Part shown: positions 36,619 through 48,604 of the stretch, piece after piece
How the letters are laid out: each line of letters begins with the position of its first letter
Position numbering within the stretch: position 1 is the stretch's first letter
Origin: Phoronis australis
Lineage: Eukaryota > Animalia > Phoronida
Length of the DNA: 64,000 nucleotides
Assembly (NCBI GenBank): GCA_002633005.1
Contig: NMRA01000187.1
Coordinates: 615,740 to 679,739, forward strand
Direction of reading: 5' to 3'
Program-made: the position numbers and the translations under genes
Notes under the pieces: generated by a model
What the model saw: the letters and a program-made list of their open reading frames with translations, nothing else
The model's database searches: none
What the model was told of the DNA's origin: nothing

Positions 36619-39198
36619 AACAACAAGATGGCTATTTACCTCGTCCAAGATGTCACAGGTGAAGTTGCGAACGAGCAGTGAACATGCGCGTAACATCCAA
36701 GAGCGGCGACGACAAGCTTTGACTGCGTTGTCAGTCCGCTCACTACAGAATATGCAGTAGCCTAGGACGGGTCCATGTTAAAGAAGGGAGAACACAAGCG
36801 TGTGCAAGTGCGAAAGTTATGGTCTTTGATTACACCTTGTTGCTGTAATTTAGTCCTTGAGTCGCGTAATAACAGTTACAACATGCAATTTAGCTATTAT
36901 TATGCCGGCATGAAAATTTCATAGAGCACGATTCGCTTCTCACGCATACATTCATTTTCTCCTGCGAAATATTTCATTTCTCGTTTTTCAACGAATGGCG
37001 TTTTTATCTCAAGTTCACCTGATTCTGACAAAAGCATGCTGTTCGTAAAAGATAATTAACTCTTGAGAAAATGTGTCCGTGTGGAAACGACGGTGATTGG
37101 AAAGGGTAAGTAAGCTGCCTGCGTGAGAAAAGAACAATCTTAGTAAAGGAGTACATGTAGCTACTCACATATAGATGAGGTAGAACACAGGGAAATATTC
37201 TAGCTCAGAGGCATGACTTTTGACATGGCAGTAGCTTACATAACAGAACATAAATGAATGAAAGCAAAACTATTAGTAAGTGGTGATTTTCTCGTGGACG
37301 CTCCCTGCAAAGATTCCCAGCTCTAGAGTGCCAAGTCTCTACTTGTGAAGTATTTATTAATCACCCAGCATTTCTCTATTGGTGAACTTAAATGACTGGA
37401 CTGAAATCCCCCATATCAACTCCACTGATTGTGTCTTAAAAGCAAACAAATAATGACGTAGTCCTATGATCACTACGGTGCGCCGTTGGGGAAGAGTGTC
37501 GTGATAGAAATAAAGAAGGAAAGTGTCGCAAATTACGCCCACAATTACGTCTTGTGTCGAGTGATTTCTAGTCAGCAGATGTACACAAAAACTTCCCTTT
37601 AAATCACTCACCTATGGGCAATACAGCTGTAGATCCGTCGGTCCCGAGTTGCCCAGAGATACCGCACTGTATTTACCCACAATGCCGCAATATGCGTCAA
37701 GAAATTTGTGACCTCAATTTGGCACCATTGGGAGTTCCAAATCTTCTTATATGTTGTCATATTCTTCAAAAGTTTTTGTCCTTCCAATGCCAACAACGTA
37801 TTACTGCTGCGCTAAGGGGCTTCAACTCCGAAGGAAGAAAGTTGGATAACATGATAAACGATTCGTGGATACATAATGTTACGTTCTTTCCCTTCCCGCT
37901 AAAGATGAGACTTCTCTCAGTCTTACCCTAGATTTTCCATCGGGAGCTGTGGTGTGTGAATTTACTTGTTTTCACCAAATTCTTCATACAGGTAATTTCG
38001 CCCGAATCAGTAGAATAACTGGGTCCCCGAGTCCCCTGTAATACGCCTTTGATTGTTGTTAACTTTTGCGTTTCAAAAAGGCTGTAGAGAATATATAAAA
38101 TACGCACAGTTTCTTATTTTGACACCATTCCATACTTACATATAGTCCGATGGAAATGTTTAACAAAAACAAGTCTTTTTGTTTTCCCGCCAATTGTTCT
38201 GCCCCAGACGTTGGGAGGCGAAAACGATGACCGTTTTCCATGTTCCTCTTTAAACTGTGTAACATGTCCTTTATACGGCGTGTTAGGCACGACTCAAAAC
38301 TTGAGAAGCCCATTTTTCTTTACGGTTTTGTTAAAAATGCCGTCTATGTTCTCATAAATTTCCTATGGTCCAGTTCAAGTTATCAATAAACAATTACAAG
38401 AGCAAAGGCATTGTGAAGTACTGTTGCGGACATTGTATTTCGAACTTTGACAAACACGATATGCTCAAAATCATGCTTTCACCTCAAAAAAAATAAACGT
38501 ATCACTAATTTGAATGAAAACCTGTCAAGGATAAGAAGTTGGAATCAGAATTCAAATTGCGTTGTAAATATTGTCCAGTGACTGTAAACTCAAGCGCATT
38601 GTCACCACGCCTCTTGAAATGATGAATTGAGATAAACATTGGGTTTTATAGTCAACACATGCCACATGTGATCCATTTTCACTGAAAATATGTGGATTTA
38701 ATGTTCCAGTTTTACTGCACATCATATAGTAAACAGATTCCAGAAAGCAAGCTCAACTATAAAATAACTATTCTGCACTCAAATATATTTTGATTTTTCC
38801 CTAAAATTTCAGTATAGTCCTTAGCCAAAACTCGTGTGGCTAAATGGGCCATTGTTCATATTGACATTTGACGGCTCTCTGTGAAGTGGTGTGGTAATTG
38901 GCCAATCAATGACTTCAATCTGCGTGAGCATATTGTCTGCCTGTTTACATTTTCAACTTCATTTTACTTGCCACGGAACATAACTGTATTCATACAAATA
39001 ACAAAAAACTAAAAAATCGGTCATTTAGAGTACTTATGAAACGTAAAAAATCAATGTTTTGACGATGCCGTGTTTATCAAACTTGACCTCGGAAGTATTG
39101 CATGGCCCACTGTGAGGCTGTTGCTTTGGTCAAAGGTAATACTCCGCATCACGTGATCTAGCCTCACGTGCGCCGGGGTCAAAATCAACGGACATGTT

Positions 39199-40369
39199 CA
39201 GCCGATTTCATAAAGGTGGTTTAAAGTTAAACCTGGTTTAAACTGGACTTAGACCAGGTTTAAAGATAATCTGCATTTCATAAAGGTGGTTTAACTTATA
39301 GACCAGTGGTCTAGTAAAACCGGGTTTAACTCCAGTTTAGACCTGGTCTAAGTCAGTTTTCATTTCACCAACGAGGTCTATATTCTTTAGACCTGTATTA
39401 AGATCTTAAACCATGTTTAACTTTAGACTTGGTCAGACCCAGGTTTAACTGTTAAATATGTTAGACTTGCATGGTATAGGTACAACTGAATGATGCCGCG
39501 GAGTGCATTTGCGACGCAGTTTTAGAGCGAAAATGGACTATTTTCAATATTCAGTTTTACTATGACACAAGATCAAGCGTAGCAGGGGCGGATTCAGGAT
39601 TTTTTAAAGGGGGAGGGGATGGTCAAGGACTTTTTGAAAGGGGGCCAAGTCAACAATTTGAAAATTATATATTTGATATCACTAAAATCAATGGAAAAAA
39701 GGGGACTCCGGACCCCTTGACCCCGTGGATCCGCCTATGCGTAGACCAGTACTTGCTGGAGTGTGTCCTGCGGATTTCTCAGAATACGACTGGTCGAGCA
39801 GGGCGTCATCGTCGTAAGCGCTACGGATTTGACTAAAGACAGCATATTTTGATTCTTCTGACTGAGTTCCACCTCCACTGTTCTCCGATATAATATTGCC
39901 AGGAAGGAGTCTTGCCCCCCCTTTGGCCGCGGAAAAGAAACTTTAAAATGACAAGGAAATAATTTGGGCATTTAACATGTTACATCTAATCGGGAGCATG
40001 TTCTTTAATGTGTGTGTGTTGGGCACAGAAATTACAGTTTTCCTTATGAGAAAAGCTTTTAGATGTTTTTCGTAAATGTCTGCACTGATTCTACTAGTGT
40101 ATGCCATTGTATACCCACGTGATCAAGGTTTCATTGAAGCACTTCAATAGTTTCTTTGTTGGGTTTACCGAGCTCGACACAGTGGGGTGCCTTTGATACT
40201 TTGAACCTGGTTTTACTGAACCAGCTCCCTGGTCTAGCAAAACCAGGCTTTCAGACTCTTAACCCATGTTGGTGAAATGCAAGTCAGGTCTAAAATTAGA
40301 CCAGGTTTAGGAAGACCAGGTTTAAGTCTTAAACCTGGTTTTGTTAAACCACCTTTATGAAATCGGCTG
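39199..40369. mobile_element. Harbinger/PIF-like internally deleted DNA transposon
   Basis: Perfect 26-bp TIR CAGCCGATTTCATAAAGGTGGTTTAA, GTT on both flanks, many AAACCTGGT/AGACCAGGT subterminal repeats. Confidence 0.85.
39583..39739. mobile_element. Nested GC-rich MITE, 5-bp TSD CGTAG
   Basis: CAGGGGCGGATTC...GGATCCGCCTATG with CGTAG on both flanks. Confidence 0.82.
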
Positions 40370-42405
40370 GTTGTGTTTAGTTGCGGGCGCGAACATAACC
40401 TAAAACATCTAAATTTCTGTTGCTCTTCGCCGGATACATATTTCGATATATTTCGTTACACATGCGCAGAGTTTTGTTCGGGAAACTTAAAATGGGACCG
40501 TCATTGGAAAGCTGAGAGGAAATGGATGTGAAAATAACAACTTTATCCAAAAATATTCATGAAATAAAAGTCACAATAATCTTTAAACTAATGTGATGTC
40601 CTGGGTACTCCATTCAATTATCAGAGAAAGAGAAGGACAAAAGGTTTTTAAATTACATACAAGAGAATAGAAAGTACTCGGAAAGACGAGCGTGAGAAGA
40701 CAAGACGACGATCGCAATTAAAGATCCATTTAATTTAAGTTCACTCGGAATCTGCAGAGCTAGGATAGCAGTCTCTAAGGAAGACAGTCGAGAACTATAT
40801 TAGAGAGAAGCACGCAGGGATGCGATGAGGCAGGTCGGCCACTGGGCGAGTGCAGGCGATTTAGACCCGCAGACAGACATTCAAATCATCTCTAGATACT
40901 GGGATCGTGGAAACTGGAACCTACCTGAAACTGAGGCCGATGACACGTCAGAGCTGGAGCAAATAGAGCCACTACCCATCCCATTCCTGCCGTGATTCGT
41001 TCATGATGAAGTAGGTAATCATTACTATATTCATACTTTGACCATACGTTAGTAGAGCAACAGATGGTACCAACAGCATAATTACGTAAATAAATCTCAC
41101 ACCTTAGTAGCAATAAAGTGTGGTGCTATAGAATACGTCATGATAGGCAAAGTGTTTACCCTTAAATGATGACTTTATGTGTATGCGCGCGCGCGTGTGT
41201 TTGTGGGCGCACGCGCGCGCGCGAGTGTTTTGTGTTTGCTTAGGCTTTGGTTAGAAAAATTCAATTTAATGAGTGTGTGAACTTGTAATTGGTGAGTTAA
41301 TGGGGTCAGTATTTATAATGGCGTTTTATCGAAGATCGTGTTTGTTTTTTATGGTTACATATTCAGGTAATATGTTTTGAAGATACCCTTGGTCACACTT
41401 TACGTCTTGTTGCAGTATCGTTTGTATTTGCTGTGTTCCTTGTCACAGTAAAACTTCGTAGCAGTTTGAACACGCAACCTTTGTTGCTGACAGCTTGATG
41501 CAACTTGATAACATTGGACAGTCGTGAATACTAAGTGTACGGATTTGAGCGTTGATTAAAACTAAAAATGAAATGAAAGTTAATGCATTAAGATCATATT
41601 CTCATTATCGGGTATATATTTGTATATGGATTCTCTTTGGGGTTTGTAACTACTTGTAATTAACATTGACATTAAGCGTGGTAAATCTAAGAAAGTGATC
41701 AGATACACCTAGGAAAAAATATGCCTCGGCAAGATATGTTGGTGTTGTCAGTGGGCGTGTTGTAAATATGAACAATTTAACATGTTGACAAGTCGTTGGT
41801 AGAATTATGTGATCTTAGGTTATAAGTGGAGACTGAACATCTGGTCAAAGAAGTCTTAAAACTTGCGGTTGTGATCAATTTTTAATAGGTTAATGTCAGA
41901 TAGCGGGCAGTAAGAAGTCCTTTGTCATTCGTGCTTGATTTCATAATGACTTCCGTAATTAACACATCTAAAATAATTATCTGGAGTTGCGGGGGCTTGT
42001 AAATGATTACAATACCTAGCAGTTTGTTGTGCATCTTGGTATGAGACAATTAGCATTCATACGTTTTAAATCTGTATAAAATATCCGTTAATAAACACAC
42101 GCGTTAATTCTGATTTACGTAAACGTAACTCGTCCACTATGAGTACTACACTGTATAATGTCTAAGTGTGCTGAATAGTGGCAGAATGTAAAGGCTTTTC
42201 ACGGCGGATCTAAATGAAGCGTTTGCAATTTTCAATCAATTTCACACAAATAAAACTGAATACAGTGTAACAATTTCTTTGATCAGGTTTTTTATGCTGA
42301 CGACACGACCATTACTAATAATATAAGTAAGGATTAGTAAGTTTCATTACGCGTCATATTATATTGACCACATCACGTGACTTATGGTATGTCTAAAAAC
42401 ATCTC

Positions 42406-42481
42406 CGTCCCGAGAGGGGCTCGAACCCGTGACTTTCGGCTAACCGTGCAAACGCTCTTCTTCACCCTGAGCTATAGGGAC
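42406..42481 (-). pseudogene. tRNA-like sequence (Asn-like), probably retroelement-borne rather than a functional tRNA
   Basis: GTCCCTATAGCTCAGGG...GCG...GTTAGCCGAAAG..GGGTTCGAGCCC..CGGGACG. A and B boxes and a GTCCC/GGGAC acceptor stem are present, but the anticodon stem is broken. Confidence 0.6.
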
Positions 42482-43054
42482 CACCGGTTGGTTAAATCCA
42501 AGTAGGCCTAGTACAAAGCATCTTACCCATCAAGGCATGCAAACTTGGGAGAGTATACATAATTGTGTTCAGATAAATCAGCTCGTCGATATCGTGTAAG
42601 AATTAGGTTGACTGACCACTTCATTTGACATGTAGTATTAATGATTTGACCAACATATGGCGTGTATTACTACGACATTAATGCTCCCATGTACTCCCAA
42701 GTTTGGGTAGATGCTTTCTGATGGCTGGGGATCAGTATTATGAATTATTAAGTCGAATGTGTTAATGCGTGTCATGAATAACGTATATCCTACCACTAAT
42801 CTAATTCTTACCTGATATGACGACCATCATCTCCTCAGTGAAGTGTCGATTTTTAATTATTTATTACACAAGAAACTATTTTACTTCCTGATGTATAAGC
42901 AGGGCATTCACTCTACACACCTATAGGTCCAGTCTCTGGCAACATAGTAAGTTAGATAATGCTAAGAGTTCATTGGTCTGAGGGAATTACGGTAATGGAA
43001 CCCGGCGGGACATATATTCCCATAGTTAAGACATAATATCAGTATTAGCGTCAA

Positions 43055-43252
43055 TTGTGTTCATTGCCACTTGCTCACTGGACCGCTTGGGACCCATTTC
43101 TGAATTAGTCTTGTCGCGACGAGCTGAGACTCTTTATTGTTTCTATCCTTCCCGTCCAGGATGCCCTGAACTGTGGACTCGCTCCACAAACAGATAAGGA
43201 CTTCCGTTTCCTCCGAAGCCACGGTTATTTCCACGATTTTTGTTGAAGACAT
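43055..43252 (-). pseudogene. Frameshifted Myb/SANT-like (trihelix) DNA-binding domain relic, likely Harbinger-derived
   Basis: SEETEVLICLWSE..VQ..L.GK.RN.K....VATRL continues after a frameshift as EMGPKRSSEQV, matching the '..ET..LI..W...RN.....IA..L...G..RT..Q' pattern. Confidence 0.65.
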
Positions 43253-44357
43253 GATTTTATGCTCTTCCCTTGAGAATGTGGAATATGGAGGACAGTCAAT
43301 CTCGCGTGAAGTTGCGTGAAGTGACGATCGAGAGATTGACTGCGTAGTAAACCTTTAACTTTAATACGCTCGCTAATGTAGTTACTGTGGTAAATTTAGT
43401 CCGAAGTAAAGCATCTTTCCCACTATGGTCAGGGAAAAATGCTGGTACGCCGTTCTAAACCCGGCGTATTGCCCTCCAAGAAACTAGTCTCTGAATGGTG
43501 CCAGAAGACATTTGTTAACTCAGTTTTACTAGGTATACAGGGCCAGAGACCCAGGCGTTTCACCGAAGAACGCAAATCTGATTTTAGTTACATATGTGAT
43601 ACTGGCGTAGGCACTTATGTTTTCACAAACGCGGCGCTGCGTTTTTTAGAAGAGTGAAAATTTTCAAACTGTTTAAGTCAATTAGTCTTAGCCATCGATC
43701 GCCGCTGTGTGGTAATCGAACTCGAAAGTATCAGTCACCGTCTTTAGCTGAGATCAGACGATTGAGACATTTGATAAAAAGGAACCCATTTTTGGAATCA
43801 ACAGACTTAAAATTAGATGACTGTCAAAGATGTAATAAGTTCTTGGAAACCCTGACCTAATTATCTCCGTTGACATTTCATTCTTCTATGAATTAGTTGC
43901 TTTTATGCCTTGGAAACCCAGTTTAATAATTGGCCTAGGCTTCGTCGACATTTCATTCGATCGTAGTCAGAATTGGTTGCTTTTATGCTACTAGGCATAA
44001 GTGCATACAAATTAATTTTCGGATTTGAAATGTCCAGAGAACCCTAACAGTAAAGGCGTGGCCTTGATCGCTGCTGCGGCCGGTAACTACGATACACTGC
44101 CAACAAGTTCCTACAATACTGTATATTGTTACACACGTTCTAAACTGTAGCTCTGTGATTATCACCACACTTCATGAGATACCCCTGTACCTTACCCCGG
44201 GTGCTCGATCACTGTTGCAGCCGAGAACATTTCGGCAAATTAAAAAATATCCGGTATCAGTTCACTCGAAATTATTGGTTGAATTTTACCGTTGATTAAT
44301 AATCGTCCATTTTGCCACCGTGTTACTCACCCAGCATCGGCAAAATAGCATTCAGCT

Positions 44358-44575
44358 CATGCGCGCATCCAGCCTTCAATATGGGGGGCTCGAATTCTTG
44401 GTGATGTGGACCTTTTACTAACAAATTAGTCGGTCGGCTAAAAAAAACAGTACCGGCTATCGGAGCTGTACGTGCTGTGAATTGTGCGTTTGCATCTTTT
44501 TAGTGGACTTTTATTTCATTTTCTCGGACTTTTTGTATCTTTTCGCCAAATGGGNCCCCTCTGGTTGCGCGCATG
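44358..44575. mobile_element. MITE, family C, 5-bp TSD CAGCT
   Basis: TIR CATGCGCGCATCCAG/CTGGTTGCGCGCATG with CAGCT on both flanks. N at 44555. Confidence 0.85.
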
Positions 44576-44776
44576 CAGCTGACTTTACACTTGCGGCTGG
44601 TCACCTGCTCAATGCCGACAAGCGTGTTTGAACAATTCGATAAATCAAACAGGGTTGAGTTCCGTAGACCCAGTGCGTCAATCTCGGAAAGGAAGTCAGT
44701 GTAGTCACGTGCTTAATTCGCTTAGAATACATAGTGAGATCTCGCAAAGTCTAGCGTGATCTTGCATTTTAGCGAG

Positions 44777-44997
44777 CAGTGGCAGATCTACGTTTTCAGT
44801 AAGGGGGGTAGGATTCGAGCGAATCCGAGGCGCGTAGCGCCGAGCGGAAGGAAGATCGGAAGGAGGGTCCCCCCTCCCATGTAAGATCTTTTGTGGTTTT
44901 TAGAAGCTGATTTCGTTTTTCTGGCGAAATTTTTTTCAATTTTTAATTTTGATCCTTTCTCGAGTGGGGGTTTGAACCCCCTGTAGATCCGCCTCTG
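44777..44997. mobile_element. GC-rich MITE, 5-bp TSD GCGAG, nested in an old Harbinger-like MITE
   Basis: CAGTGGCAGATCTAC...GTAGATCCGCCTCTG with GCGAG on both flanks. The flanks rejoin to the TTTTAGCGAGG... motif of the 14791 family. Confidence 0.82.
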
Positions 44998-45185
44998 GCG
45001 AGGTTCTCGCTTCTACGAAAAGCACGCTCGTTTGTTCATGTTACGTCACCAAACCGAAATGTGGAAAACGTAACGATCAATAATGTGGTCACTGATCATG
45101 CATGGTAGCTGTAGTTGGTACTAACATTAAACAATGATATCGGATGCTACTACAAATCTAAGCCGCGGACGCTTTTAAACGTTAA

Positions 45186-46342
45186 AGGCGAAGGCAACCC
45201 TTTTCATGTAATTTTTAGCAAAAATAAGGTTCGTTGATTATCCCAGACATATTTTTCACTTATTTGCTGCTTTTCGTAATTTAATTAATTACTCGTCGTC
45301 TACTCCGGAAGTGACGTTTTGGGAGGCAAGAATTTCGCGCCAATTTCTTTTCATATAGGCCGACTGTGAGAGCAGACGAGTCAGTCATTGTTCTACCTCG
45401 GTTGTGATGAGTTCGGTCGTCGTTTGCTTTTGCTTACGAGTCAGTCAACATGCCACGCTGTTGCTGCGTACTGGGATGTACTCATTATCGTCTCACGTAC
45501 AGAGGAGGAACTATCCTCTTCACTGGGTGTCGAACTGGGCCTGTATTCACTCCCACTACTCAACATCGCTGCAGGGCTGCTTACAGGCTCTGGGCTAGAG
45601 ACAACAACACAGGGCGAATCACTGCTAGTTCCCGGAATTGCACGCAATGCCGTACGTTCGGAGGCACGGATGACAGTAGATGAAGTGCCTCCAGTCACTG
45701 TATATAGTGGCCACAGCTCGATCGCGAGGCTTCTCGCTTCAAAAACGCACTTCTCGGGGTTGGCGACGGGGCACTGCCGGGAATCAACAGCGACGGTATG
45801 GTACCCTTCTTCAGGCGTTGTTTCGCAGGGACCTTCATCAATTCAGCGTATATATCTCTGTCATTATCTGACGGCAGAAAATGCTTGCCACACACTCGGT
45901 AACCCCCACTGCTTTGTACGTTGCCTGGACGGGTAGCGCTGCGTTCTTTACATGAACGAGCTAGCCAAGTACGGCGAACTGTGTCATCCTTCAGAAAGCG
46001 ACGCAAGGTACCCAAAGCGCGTGTGAGACGATAATGAGTACATCCCGGCACGTAGCAACAGCCGGCGTGGCATGTTGACTGGCTTGTAAACAAAAGCAAA
46101 CGACGACCGAACTTATCACAACCGAGGTAGAACAATGACCGACTCGACAGCTCTCACAGTCAGACTATGATAATGAAAAGAAATTGGCGCGAAACACTTG
46201 CCTCCCAAAACATCACTTCCGGAATAGAGGACGAGAAATTAATCAAATTACGAAAAGCTGTAATTAAGTGAAAAATGTGTCTGGGATAATCAACGAACCT
46301 TATTTTTGCTAAAAGTGACATGAAAAAAGGTTGCCTTCGCCT
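45186..46342. mobile_element. Kolobok-like non-autonomous DNA transposon, 1157 bp, TTAA TSD, ~310-bp TIRs
   Basis: TTAA|AGGCGAAGGCAACC...GGTTGCCTTCGCCT|TTAA. Empty site with one TTAA at 48671-48674. Encodes a THAP domain. Confidence 0.9.
45695..46073 (-). pseudogene. THAP zinc-finger ORF (transposase N-terminus), frameshifted just after the ATG
   Basis: CCYVPGC...LRRFLKD..RRTWL...RVCGKHF...RLKKGTIPSL gives the C2CH ligands, conserved W and an AVPT-like box. The ATG at 46073 is out of frame owing to 4 extra bp relative to the opposite arm (MPRCCCVLGC). Confidence 0.82.
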
Positions 46343-46388
46343 TTAAGTGTTAAAACACTAGAAAGAAGGCATAAGCTAACTGCGAACC

Positions 46389-46999
46389 TTGTTTACCAGG
46401 TTATATTTACATATTTACATGTTAAATTCTGTTAGTTCTAACCCCTACAAAGTATTTATTTTCTAAAAGGTGAATAAATTTCCTAACAAAATTTATTATT
46501 GCTTTTTACTTGTCTTTATTTTTAACGAGATATGCGTTCTTTTTAGTTATTTTGTTACCTTGAAAAGAGATTTTAAAAATATTGTTCGTCCAATAATACT
46601 AGTCTTTTGTTAACATGTTGATAACGGCGTTTTCGAGTGAGCCAAGACTCAGATTTTTGAAATAGGTCCTAGTTTTTCGGAACGAAGGCTTCAAAAATGC
46701 TCTAAGAAGTCGATAATTATGAAACCTATTTCAAAAATCTAAAACACGGTTCCCTCGAAAATGCCGTCATCAACATGTTGACCAAAGACCGGCAACATGA
46801 TTATAGGAGCAGTATTTTTAAAATCTCCGTTCCAAGTCAAAACAATTTTTTACTAAAAACGCATATATCGTGACTAAATAAGGACAAGTATACAAGATTT
46901 TTTAGGATATTTATCCACCTTTCAGAAAATATAGACTTTGAGCGGGTGAGAGCTAATAGAATTTAAGATATTTGGACATAAGTGCAATCTGGTAAACAA
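46389..46999. repeat. Degenerate foldback element (~600-bp imperfect palindrome)
   Basis: TTGTTTACCAG...CTGGTAAACAA ends. Internal pairs include AACATGTTGATAACGGCGTTTTCGAG/CTCGAAAATGCCGTCATCAACATGTT and AGATTTTTGAAATAGG/CCTATTTCAAAAATCT. Confidence 0.8.
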
Positions 47000-47240
47000 C
47001 TTGCCTGCTTGTCGCTGTAATACGTTTTATTATTTTGTAGAAATGAAACTCGAAGTATTTAACTCGTGTTAATATGTGAAAAAACAACCTTTGACTTAGT
47101 TCACTTTGACACGTACAGTACCATTATAAAAGTGATCTTGACTTATTCCTCACTCGATTTAAACATGGTCCTTTGGCACAAGAAGTGGCTGACAGTTCGT
47201 TGTCATCAGACCCAGCTCATAAAACATTGAGGCCACGGAG

Positions 47241-47470
47241 CATGCGCCCCCCATTTGGCGAAGTGGGAAAAAAGATCTGCCTCAGAGAAACAAAAAGTAC
47301 GGGAAAACGAGACAAAAGTCCATTAAAAACGCGAAACACACTAACACACAATTCACGGCCCTAAACGTGGTCCGTACCCCGTTTTTTTAGTTCTCCGCTT
47401 TTTTGGTAGTGAAAGGTCGACATCGTCATGTATTCGAGACCAACATAGTTAAAGGCTGGGTGCACGCATG
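47241..47470. mobile_element. MITE, family C (inverted, older)
   Basis: CATGCGCCCC...GCTGGGTGCACGCATG. Homologous to 23061-23320 and 44358-44575. Confidence 0.7.
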
Positions 47471-48021
47471 TGGATTGACTTCCAGATTTTTCTAAGGTCA
47501 TAGATCGCACTTATTTTGGATTAGAAACAAGTTGAGTGGCCTAAATCAAAACTTGATTTTTGACGGAAAACGCATGTGCAATGCCGCATTTTAAACTTAA
47601 AAGTTCACAGGTCACAATTTGGGAGGAAATAGAAGCGCTCCGACTGTAAAATAGTGCGAGAATCGACGACGTTTCCCCGACCCTCTGTGCGGCGAGAAGT
47701 CAAAAAGGCTGCAGCATTGAGCAGGTTATTGCAAATTCCTTGCTTCCTGCCTAACAAATCTTAATTTAATCCGCCCTTTGCATGAGGTAATACAAAACCA
47801 GAAACTAAAATTGTGACTTTTAATTAGTTTCGTGGTGTAAGCAACATGTAACGCTTAAAAACTCAAAGGTTTATCAGCTTGTATCGGAGACATAATGAAC
47901 GTTTCATTCATTGAAGTCTCCGAGGGGATTTTTTGTTACGAATGTACAAACCAAAATGATAAGTTGACTTCAAAAGTAGTCCACTGACAATAACAGTGGC
48001 GAACTGCATATTTTCAGAATT

Positions 48022-48461
48022 CAGTGCCCGGTTGCATGAAATAGTCCCAAATAGGGACTCAACTAAGGTCCCTAAATCTAATGAGTATTTGCAGGCTTGT
48101 GAAAACACTGATTATCCTATCTTATGCTGTTTGAATATCATTACTACGCCAATTTTTGGCTTTGATACAAATCGAGAGTGAAATCTAGATTAAATTCTAA
48201 ATATTACTGAAAATAAGTAGGGATCTTTTCATGCAACGCACCCAATTTAAGGAGTAAGTCCCTAACTGTTTTGATTGAATTGAGGGCTCGGGTTTTAAAT
48301 ATATTATTAGAAAATGTCAATATTCAAAGAAGAGCTCATAATAAAGATTAAACTATAAAAATAATATTACACCTGTGTCTAAAGAACGAAACAAATACGA
48401 AAAAGATTTAGGGACCTTTGTTGAGTACCTATTTGGGACTGTTTCGTGCAACAGGGCACTG
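48022..48461. mobile_element. Harbinger-like MITE with ~58-bp TIRs (duplicate at 49563-50002)
   Basis: CAGTGCCCGGTTGCATGAAATAGTCCCAAATAGG...CCTATTTGGGACTGTTTCGTGCAACAGGGCACTG. Confidence 0.8.
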
Positions 48462-48604
48462 AGTTTCTTTCAGGAATTAAGTACTTTTAGCTAGTGGTTG
48501 ACAATGTCCGGTTTTTGACAGATGATCGACTCACAGAACTGAGGTTATCCATAGGCAGATTTAGGGAGGGGGGGGGGTACGGGGCCCGCCACCCCGCCGG
48601 CTGN

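Larger units (their letters stand above)
45115..48603 (+). repeat. Copy A of a tandemly repeated segment (probable haplotype 1)
   Basis: Colinear with 48605-50144 apart from two large indels. Separated from it by a single N. Confidence 0.92.

Noticed and set aside
42406-42481. Functional tRNA gene
   Set aside because: The anticodon stem does not pair and the D arm is irregular. Kept only as a tRNA-like relic.
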